Below are positions 54,321 through 64,000 of a stretch of DNA of 64,000 bases, piece after piece. The notes under the pieces are model-generated. The model was not told the origin of the DNA. It ran no database searches and saw only the letters and a program-made list of their open reading frames with translations. The DNA is from Lingula anatina (taxonomy: Eukaryota; Animalia; Brachiopoda), in NCBI GenBank assembly GCA_051362555.1, contig CM120647.1, positions 16,158,651-16,222,650 of the forward strand. Reading direction: 5' to 3'. The position numbers were made by a program, and so were the translations under genes. Position 1 is the first letter of the stretch; each line of letters starts with the position of its first letter.

Positions 54321-55500
54321 TGTTAGAAAAAAACCTGCAGTGATGAACGTCTAATTGGATCAAAAGCGCAGACGCGTTTTGTATTTTAACCACGGCAAAA
54401 CGATTTGCTCATGCGAAATAAAATAGAATTACAATAAATAAAATAGTATTTATTGCAACAGCCGTATAAGGACCTAAACTGTCAATCAATTGAAGATAAT
54501 ACATGTATGGACAGCTTAAAAGCACACTCCAATGCCTTCGAAAGGCATACACAAGTGCCTTAGTGTCGACATGGCACTCAAACTTATCATGGTTAAACCT
54601 AAAGCTTCATGCATCTTATCCAACTAAGTGAGAAAATTTTGTTGACGTCACGGCTAATTGAGGATGTCAGTGATGTTTGTTTATTGTTTAAATATCATTT
54701 TACTCAAGATATACGTTGGAATGATTAACTTGCTACTTAAAATATAATTCCCTTTTGATAAAAGGGCTAGTCTATTAGGCAGAATATCTATAAGACAAAA
54801 TAAACATAATATGACTTGAATTTGTCCTATAAAAATTATGAACATATTTGTTTATTGTTTAAATTTCATTTTACCTATGAAATACGTTGAAATGATTAGT
54901 TTGCTACTTCATACATTATTCCCTTTTCAAAATGGGCCAGCTAACTTTGTCAATAGCAAAATGTGAGTTGAATTTGTATTCTAAAAAAATAAGAACATAT
55001 GTGAAAAAAAATCAAATATGTATAATACCATAAAATATATAAAAGATTCAGCAATGAGGGAGCCAATACATTTCAATTAAGAAAAATAAAAAAAACTGTC
55101 TAGAGAGCGCGTATAGAGCCTTTAGAATGAATTGGATTGAAAACCGTGGTCTTTGAAAACACGTAAAATAAATAAACGCAAACATTACTTAAAATACTTA
55201 AAATATTTGTTCGAGATTGATGGGCCTCCTCCACCACACAGGTATATGTCCAATTAAATGCATGAACATACGGTTTAAAAAAACTTACGTGACTTTACGT
55301 CAGCTCCGATAAAAATGGATCGCCAAAGAAAACGCCCCTCTTTTTTTGCGGGTTGGCGTTGACGTTATCGGGACCTACAGAGGTTTCCAAATTATTGTAC
55401 CATTCTATATGAATTAAAATAGCTTGTCATCTTTACTTTTGGTTGGCAATCAGACATCTCTGTGGCTTGACTTGCCACTTGTGAGTTAAAAAAAGATGTA
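54321..55500 (-). repeat. 5' intron, non-coding exon 1 and flank of IRG copy 2, duplicated at 62566-63640
   Basis: Long colinear similarity; conserved GTAAGT donors on the minus strand at 55288-55283 and 63429-63424. Confidence 0.8.
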
Positions 55501-56649
55501 TTAGGGGAGACCGGGACTAGTTGGACCCCGTCAATTTATGACAAAGTAACTATGAGGTAAAAGAATTGATCACATAATTTTGTAAAGTGACCGTATCCAA
55601 TAGTGCTACGAAAGCGTGGTGAATAAATGTTTGGAGACTCCAAAACCGCGTCTTCGTTATAATAAGTAATTTATTCATCACTCACTTTTCATACAATTTT
55701 TCCCATATTTTTACTCTAATTCTCTGTACTGATCACGCGTGTAATTATGTTCTTTTTATTGTTTATGGCGTGATTTCCAGAAACTTTCCATTGTCATGTT
55801 GACTTTACCATAGAACATTCCCTTATAGGCAATGTCTAAGAGCCCTGTTTTCAACTAAACTTATCCAAAATACTTGAATCATGCCCAAAACTCAGTTATA
55901 AACAGTTGATCAAAATTTAAATCTGTTATGAAAATAACCAATCACATTAAATGTTATTGACTTTGACCTTTTCCATCTTTTTCTGACACTAAAAACATGT
56001 TCTACACTTGTTGACTCTTGATGAAACTTAATTTACACTCAATATCACTCTTAACTTTTCATCTATTTGATTTCACTTTTATTACTACTTGTAATTAGTG
56101 TAAGCGTAAGTAATTTACTTTACAACATACACCCTTTCTTCAAAAGAATTCGTCCTCGATTTCTTAAACCTTACAATATATCATGTCTAAAATTGTTTTG
56201 TTCTAATACAATATTCCTTCCACATACCAATTTTTGTCTTTCGATAATGTTTGAAACGCTATTTTAACATTTTCCATATCCTCTTCTATAATCTTCAAAC
56301 CCCTGTGTAGTATGAAATCTGCCATACAATAAGATAACCAAATGGACAATGCAAACCCTAAGACGGTGACTTGGACAGGGTACGGGCTCTTCATGAAGTA
56401 GAGGTTTAACTTTAAGAACTCGCCAAAAAGTCTGCCAACACCTGCAACTTGAAATTTTGTTGAGCCCATTAGACCCAAAGAGAGTTCAGTGCATTGGAAG
56501 GCATTTGAAAAAGTTTTAATCTGCCGCATAGGTTATCGTAATTTGTTAATAAAAACTTTTCAGAAAAAAACAAAACGTCTGGTACTTTGAGGATATTTGA
56601 AATCATATTAAAATTAAGATTAACTTTTTAAAAACTCACTTAAAAGTCA

Positions 56650-56870
56650 GTGTTTAGGTAGTCAGTGCCTAAGGCATGAATGTCTTGGCATATCTAACAG
56701 CTCTAAATTTTGGCAAAGTACATCTTTCGGCACAGAGTATATGGCATGTTGTACTTGTCTCAGGCAGTAGATGGGGTACTTTGTGTTCCCTGTTATTCAT
56801 ATTGTGGGGTGATTATTTCAACAGGTCATCTCTTCTGATACCAAGTGTTGACACTGTCTCGGGGTTAGAT
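56650..56870 (-). mobile_element. LINE ORF2 3'-end relic
   Basis: Minus-strand translation includes TLGIRRDDL...LPKFRAVRYAKTFMP*AL, typical of CR1/L2-group C-termini. Confidence 0.45.
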
Positions 56871-57059
56871 GGGAAATAAATACAAACACCTTTACAAATC
56901 TTGTTAACTAACGATGGCTCAAGGATGACCAACATTCATATTGTCAAAACGATCAGTTTTATTTGCATTATTCAACAACACAAGAGTCAGGTCTGAAAAT
57001 GTAAAGAATTGTCTCATTTCAAGACAACAACTGGACAAGAAAGACCACGCCTTTCCCAT

Positions 57060-57180
57060 TTCTGACCTACCCTGAAAATTCCATCGAAATTCACCCATAA
57101 CTTTTTGAGTTATGTTGATGACAAACAGACAAACAATCAAACAAACAGGGTGAAAACATAACCTCCTTGGCAGAGGTAAT
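57060..57180 (-). mobile_element. Truncated copy of the short HINE-type element
   Basis: Reverse complement begins ttacctctgccaaggaggttatgttttcaccc, matching 32688 onward. Confidence 0.8.
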
Positions 57181-59232
57181 AAATGCAACGAAATGTAAAG
57201 TAGAAATGGAATGATAAAGGAGGAATAATAAGAAACCAAAAGTTGAATACCAAACGATTCATAAGAAGGCAAAACAGAAATAAACTCACGCCTGTCTGAA
57301 AATGTAAAGAATTGTCTCATTCCAAGACAACAAACTGGACAAGAAAGTCCCCGTCTTTTCTATGGCGCGACTTGCGAACGACTGATCTCTTTCCCTCGCG
57401 CGAAAGAGACTTAGGACAAGGAAAAACACACACAAAATAATACGAAAATACACGAACGAAGATGAACGAATACGAACGCAAGGAGAACACAATGAGAGCC
57501 CAAGGAGGGTGCAACTAAAGCTAATCGCCTATCACAATATTTTATGCTGATCTTTTCTGGTAGCGGAAATTTTAAATCGAATATTCAGTAAACGAACGGA
57601 GCTTTAACTCATCACATTCTGAAGTGTTGTCTATTGCATGCCCCTTTCTTATTACTAGTTTTATTACTAGAATTAGATCATTACTAACATCAGTGTCACG
57701 GTATAACAGGCACGGCCCTCATGTGCACTTATTAATAATTCCTTGCCAAAAAAAATATAACTGTAACAATGGGATGTAGCAAATTAATTATCTACTGCTT
57801 AGATAACTCGTCAATTGCAAACACAATAGCTGAACTTCCAATCATAAGACAAACATAACTGTCAAACAGAAACAATAGAATTAGATTATCACTATCATCA
57901 GTACCATGACATAACAGGTATGCCCCAACTGTGTACTTATTTGAAAAAACCCTTGCCTAAAAGATATAAATGTAACAATGAGATATACACACATGTAAAT
58001 CAGATAAAAATATTCTCCCATTTACTATCCTCTACTAGGGTCATATAGAGATTTTTAACTACATATACTCACAGATATTTCTGTAGCTAATTCCGTGCTT
58101 ACTTCTGTACTGTCCAGAGAGAATTTTTGCACAGAAAGGAGGTCATCGCTCAGCTGAATTCTGGTAGTGTTGTGGACGTGAGGCAAGATCAAGGGAGAGA
58201 ACCAATATACTGCTGAGATAACTCGTCAATTGCAAACACCTCAAGTACAAGTTTTTCGATATTTTATCTTTTCAGGGCAATGGTGTTTATTTGAAAGATT
58301 GTACACACACATGCGCGCAGAGTGAAAATCTCCAATTCATCAAAATATATTACCCAAATTTAAATCATGTCATATTTAATTCCACCACTCTATTTTTCGC
58401 AATGTCTGTTGTTCTAGTTATCTGTAAAAAATACTTCCACAAGAGTTCTGAACTTCATATCTTTTTCATGTCTTAATTTTAAAAATTGACATCTAGCCTT
58501 GTTTTAATTTTGTTAATGATTTTCTATACAGTGAATTATTTACCTAACATAGGCAGAAGTTAAAAATCAATCTTCATATACTGCTGATATAGAAAACTTC
58601 CCTGGGCCCAATTAATGTGCACAGTTACTAGTGTTTATACAGGGGTAAAATAATACCTTGTAGCAGATATAATCTGAATTAGCAATGGTGTTGGTAATGG
58701 GCCTAAGATACTTGTTGACTTTTTTTTTATGGATATTTTTATCAGTTCATCAGAAATTGATGAGGATGTGACATTTTTTTCCAGATCTTCGAGTTAAGCA
58801 TAGGCGTCACTGATTTAAGATGTGGAAGGGTAGGAAGCTTATTTTAAGACGGAGGAGGGGGTAGCTTTTAGAATATTGTCACCCTTCGCCCAAAACTACT
58901 TTTTTACTCCCTTACATACATTCTTTTCGGTAAGAGATAAATATTCATTGTTAAGTGTGTTATTTTACTGATGGCGTTACTGATGGCGTTATTATGGGGA
59001 CTTTGGGGTAAAAAACTGAACTAATCGATTTCTTAAATTACTCTTTTAACTGAGCACCTACGATCACCGTTTTAACGCCAACTCAATGACACCATTTAGT
59101 TCTCCAAAACGATGCCAGCGATTTTCTCTAAAGTCTTCAATCAGATTTTATCTTCGATAAAGCAAAATTGTGACTTTGTTTAATGAAAATCTGTAAGTAG
59201 GAGCTCATAACTCCATACCAAAAACATTTATT

Positions 59233-59911
59233 ACCCCCGTCACACTAGAGGCCGAATGAGCAAGAATGCTGTCGGAAAGACAATTCTTTGTGCGTTCCTG
59301 GATATTCGAAGAGCATTATAAAAATCCCGAGTGCATTCCAAATTTTTACCCGTTCTTGTGGCTGACCCGAATGTTTTGCTAATGTTAAAAACATTCGAAG
59401 TGCATTCCAAGTGGAAAATTATCGAATGGCATTTGAATAGTATTCTAACTGAACTATGGCTGTATTCTCAATATTCTCAAGGCATTTCGACAGCATTCGA
59501 AACATTCTGATCACATTCGAGGAAGAACCGAAATGACAAGACACTTCAAACCCTGCTAGAATGAGCCAAAATGCAACTCGAATGCATCTCGATCCTATTT
59601 CAGCCAGCAATGGAACTACACTCGTATGGCATTCGAAGTGTATTCTAAAAATTCTGATTGCATTCTGACAGCATTATTGATATTCCTAGTTTCCCAACTA
59701 CATTCGAGCTGCATTTGAGAGCTAATACAGTCGAAATGTGCAGGAATCATTCCAGGCGGATTCAAGCGGATTCTGAGTATTCCAACGGCATTCTTACAAA
59801 AAAATTAGGTCAATTTGAATTTTTTCCCCGAATGTAGTACGAATTTTTAAATTTAGTCTTACGGCTGGTTCTGCTTGATTTCTGCTGATTCCGAATAAGT
59901 GTGCCGGGGGC
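59233..59911. mobile_element. MITE (PIF/Harbinger-like ends)
   Basis: cccccgtcacact ... agtgtgccggggg TIRs with T/A-rich flanks; interior rich in cattcga/tcgaatg. Confidence 0.65.
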
Positions 59912-61329
59912 TTAAACCAAAATGACGGCACGGGATTGTATCCTATACATTTCTTGTCAATTCTGCCAATTTTCGTGATAAAATCCTGTTCAGGGGTGAA
60001 GATACGCCTCATACCCATACTTAAATATATATTATTACATGTTTAATGCTGCTAGTAATTAAACTATGGCGTGGCAATTTCATGTGTCAAAAATTAACCT
60101 TGGCTCTATAAATTAATTATTTATGATAATATTCATAATGAAAGACCTTTTTTGGGTTTGTGGAATTTTTTCGTGAAAAAAAATTCAGGCGTCGATGACA
60201 TATTTAAGGTTCTTACTGGCTATAATTCTTATTAAAAATACCGTGTGTACACGAGTGGGATCTGATGTAATATCCACTAGACACAAATCGCGTCAACAAA
60301 TAGGCGGTATCAAAGGCAAAAAATAACATAATATTAGACACATGGAGCTGCAGATGTTGTGCAGAGACTAACATTTCATGCTTAATCCAATGGACATGAT
60401 CAGGGAACTGTTACTATATGTGACAATGCTCGTAGCATTGTAGTCGTCACATGACACTTTTGATGATTACTGTTTCTATAGCTTACGGATTCATCCTCTG
60501 TAATTTTTTGTATTTGAAGTTTATAAAGTAATAGCCGCATTTAACTCTGCCCGGCAAAATAAAAATACATTGAATTTATGGGACGCTACTTGTAGAAATC
60601 TGCAAAACAAATATTTTAGACATGCTTTTATCAGACACTTAAATTCATAAAATAATCCCCTGGTCTCAATACATGCTACAATTATTTAATATTCTAATAT
60701 ACACATCATAAATCTCCCATGATTATACTATAATATAATAACATATACCCGTCTCCGTGACGGGCAAGGGGTTAATTTTAATAAGTGTCTTTCATTTGCT
60801 GTACATGTAACTTTTCACTCAACAGAGTGTAACACATTTAAAATATCTCTGCATAGAAGAGCTCATACAATGATTGTCGAAGTTTTGATGCCGAAGATTA
60901 AAATACTTTTTAATTAGTTTTCCATCAATAAGCCTTTTAGAAACAAAGCGGAATGTATTAAGCAGTTGAAAAGACATCTGTCTGTATGGGACATATGGTA
61001 CAAAAATGATACTCTACGCATGCCGCGTAAAGGAAATAAGGAAAAGGAAGCTACGGCTGCTACCAGTATAATAAAATAGATAATAAATTCACGATAAAAC
61101 CACAAAATTACTCGTAACCGGTAAGTCATTTCAGCTTTATAATAAAAATACATTCCTCAGGCAAACAAACCCTTAGAAAAGTCGGCTTAGGAATTGATTG
61201 AAAATTGGTTCATGAAATGATTGACATCAGTCTTTGTGAACGAAGTGTTCTGTTCGATGGAAAGCAGTGTGTCTCACAATGTCAGGGTTCGTCATCACAA
61301 CCTTGTGTTCAGTCATTCACAAGTTTGAT

Positions 61330-62565
61330 TTATTCGTTAGCGGAGTGGATGACAGCGTGGAGGACATCGATTGCGGCGAATTCAAAGCGATGCAAAATTT
61401 CGTACAGCAGCTGGTGGGCTGACTTGTATGCTGCACCATATCCAGCTAACGTGACAAGCAACCCAACTAGAGGCCTTGCAGGACCTGGCGTGTGGAATGC
61501 AGTCACGGCACCCATTGCTGACATAATACTAAGCTCTTTAATCGGTATTCCGATTTTTTTGGTTGTCAATAAAATAAGGCTTTCCAGTTCTACGCCTGTT
61601 CTTTGCGAAAGACGCGTCAAGGATTCCTCGTCTAGACCCAGCGCCTTTATATATGTATTCATTACGCTATTGAAATAGTCTGTAACTCTTTTGGGCAGAA
61701 CCTTATTTATTGGAGATGGGACAAACCCTTGCACTGCCAAAAAGATAGCATTTGACCAAACACGACTTCGAAAAATATCACACTTCTTTTTGATCAAATC
61801 TTCGGAGACATTGCTGAAGGACAAAGTAAGCACTTCGCGTTTTTTACGGGGAAGTCCATGCAGTATAGCGTGTTCCAGTTTCTGATAATCCCACATCTTT
61901 TTGGCTACATGGCAGAGGCGTGCAGATATAAGATAAACATCGTCCTCTGGATAGACACCTTGTTCTTCAAGCGACTTTTTAGTTTCATTACGGATTTTCT
62001 CCAGTAACTGCTCGGCATCATGTGTCCGTGGGTGATCTTCTTTGTCACTTTTTATAGCGGCATCAATGTGTGTCCTGACAATGACATATTTCTTATGCCG
62101 AAGCTGAGCTCTTTTAGCAAGCCATACATCCTTTTCAAAATTACGGTTGCCGACAATGATAATGAAAAAGTCGTATGAATCAAAATTGACCTTTTCTTCG
62201 TAATTTTCTTGGTTGAATTGTGTTGTGCCAATTCCAGGTAAGTCCCACAGGGAAATGTTTTTATTCTTTGGATGGCGGTACTCCTTGGGGACCCTGGTTG
62301 CCTCAGACTCAACTACTGAGACAAGCGCTGCACCATCAGCTTCAGCAGTAAGACCTCGGAATGAGTTGATGAATGTTGATTTTCCAGTACCTGACCTTCC
62401 AGTTACAGCAATTTTCACAGTTTCGTTTTCGGCTCCTCTTACCTTGTTTGACATAAAGTCTGCGATATTTTCGAGACCATTTTGTCTCACATAAGCTTCA
62501 ATTTCTTCGAGTTCCTCTGGTTCAATGAACTGATATCGGGGTCTCTCCTGCTGGTTTTCTGCCAT
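61330..62565 (-). CDS. Immunity-related / interferon-inducible GTPase-like protein (IRG/IIGP family), intact, 411 aa, single coding exon
   Basis: KIAVTGRSGTGKSTFINSFRGL, Y.HP, LWDLPGIGT, YDFFII, RTHID, VYLISA, ALGLDEESL. ATG at 62565 lies downstream of acceptor ccttacag, so the ORF-track extension to 62607 is mostly intronic. Confidence 0.93.
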   Translation of the reverse strand: MAENQQERPRYQFIEPEELEEIEAYVRQNGLENIADFMSNKVRGAENETVKIAVTGRSGTGKSTFINSFRGLTAEADGAALVSVVESEATRVPKEYRHPKNKNISLWDLPGIGTTQFNQENYEEKVNFDSYDFFIIIVGNRNFEKDVWLAKRAQLRHKKYVIVRTHIDAAIKSDKEDHPRTHDAEQLLEKIRNETKKSLEEQGVYPEDDVYLISARLCHVAKKMWDYQKLEHAILHGLPRKKREVLTLSFSNVSEDLIKKKCDIFRSRVWSNAIFLAVQGFVPSPINKVLPKRVTDYFNSVMNTYIKALGLDEESLTRLSQRTGVELESLILLTTKKIGIPIKELSIMSAMGAVTAFHTPGPARPLVGLLVTLAGYGAAYKSAHQLLYEILHRFEFAAIDVLHAVIHSANE

Positions 62566-63066
62566 TGTTAGAAAAAATCTGTAAGGATGAATGTATAATT
62601 GGATCAAACCACAAAAGCACGCGTTTTGTATTTTAAAGGCAAAGTTTTTTGTTATTCAAAATAAAATAGAATTACAGCAATCAAAATAGAAGCTATTACA
62701 ACAACAAGGACCTAAACTGTCAATCAGTTGAAGATGTTACAAGATTGGACATCTATAAAATCACACTCCAATGCCTCGAAAAGTAAAAATAGACATGCAC
62801 TTGTAAGTGCTTTAGTGTCGACATGGCACTCAAACTCATCATGGTTAAACCTAAAGCTTCATATTAAATGAAAAAGTTGTATTGACGTCACTGCTCATTG
62901 ATGATAACAGTGTTATTTGTTTATTGCTTAAATTTCATTTTACCTATGAAATGCGTTGGAATGATCAGCTAAAACATATTTCCCTTTTAAAAAGGGGCCG
63001 GGTAACTTTGCCATTAGCAAAATATGAGTTGAATTTGTCTTCGAAAAGGATAAGAACATATGTGCC

Positions 63067-63081
<15 letters not shown>

Positions 63082-63149
<68 letters not shown>
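63082..63149. repeat. (TA)n microsatellite in the IRG copy 3 5' intron
   Basis: Direct reading; not expanded in the copy 2 paralogous intron. Confidence 0.95.
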
Positions 63150-63150
<1 letters not shown>

Positions 63151-64000
63151 TACCGTAAAAGATATAAAAGATTCAGCAATGTGGGTGCCAATACATTTCA
63201 ACTTAGGAATAAAAAAACGATCTAGAAAGCGCGTATAGAGCCTTTTGAATAAATTAAATTGAAATCCGTGGTCTTCGAAAACACGTAAAATAAATAAACG
63301 CAACATAATTTATCTATGTTTACAATACAAACCTTACTTAAAATATTTGTTCGAGATTGATGGGCCTCCTCCACCACACATGTATATGTTCAATTAAATT
63401 CATGAAAATACGGTTTGAAAGAAACTTACGTGACTTTATGTCAGCTCCGATAAAAATGGATCACGAGGAAAACGCCCCTCTTTTATTGCGGATTAGCGGT
63501 GACGTTATCGGGACCTACAGAGGTTTCCAAATTATTGAAACAATATACATGGATAAGAATAACTCGGCTTCTGTACTCTTGGTCTGCGTCGAGACATCTC
63601 TGTAGCTTGTAGACTTGACACTTGTGAGATAAAAAGACGCATTAACTCTGTAGCGAGACTTAAAGATAGAGTAACCAAATTGATTATCCATGATGGATGA
63701 GACTTATCACAGTGGACTTTGTTCCGAAATATTTACTTGCCCAGAATACACGCAGATATACAGAAGAATGATTATTTTTATATGACTAACTATTTTTAAA
63801 AACATGCAATACACTGTAATTTAAACATTTCTTCTTCAATAAATGAATATTATAAAATCATCATCATTATTGTCATTTGTCTTTGCCTTATTTACCTGTT
63901 TATATCATTATTTTATCTCTTTTTTATGTTAGAATGGGAAAAGGCAAGGCCTTGTCGGATTAAGCAGATTCGATGCAAAAAAAAGCTGACCAAGGTAGGT

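Noticed and set aside
56203-56529. 108-aa minus-strand ORF with a possible acceptor and hydrophobic stretch
   Set aside because: No family recognised and no partner exons; insufficient support.
62882-63306. (YI)n and (CV)n-containing ORFs here and at 6553-6984, 17236-17761 and 32561
   Set aside because: Translations of dinucleotide microsatellites.

Overview
AT-rich eukaryotic genomic DNA, most likely a marine invertebrate deuterostome (echinoderm-like; inferred from repeat types and frequent TAGGCCTA, not established). All exon structures were read by hand from GT-AG signals and reading-frame phase. Left (minus strand): a two-coding-exon C2H2 zinc-finger gene (about 456 aa, 8 fingers), followed by a Pro-rich open frame missing from the ORF track that runs off the window into what looks like a BEN domain. 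Middle (plus strand, 10682-34768): a 10-exon secreted protein of about 580 aa (signal peptide, VWA with intact MIDAS, Thr/Pro mucin stalk, 4 TSP1 repeats). One of its introns is almost filled by a 7.7-kb Helentron-associated (HINE/DINE-like) element carrying a 161-bp satellite and a 333/337-bp dimeric higher-order repeat. Right (minus strand): a tandem cluster of immunity-related GTPase (IRG/IIGP-like) genes, one intact (61330-62565), one split by an insertion and one frameshifted, all with a non-canonical G4 motif (THID/TRID), plus signs of a lost fourth unit. Many transposon relics are present (Tc1, Kolobok-like, L2/CR1, MITEs).
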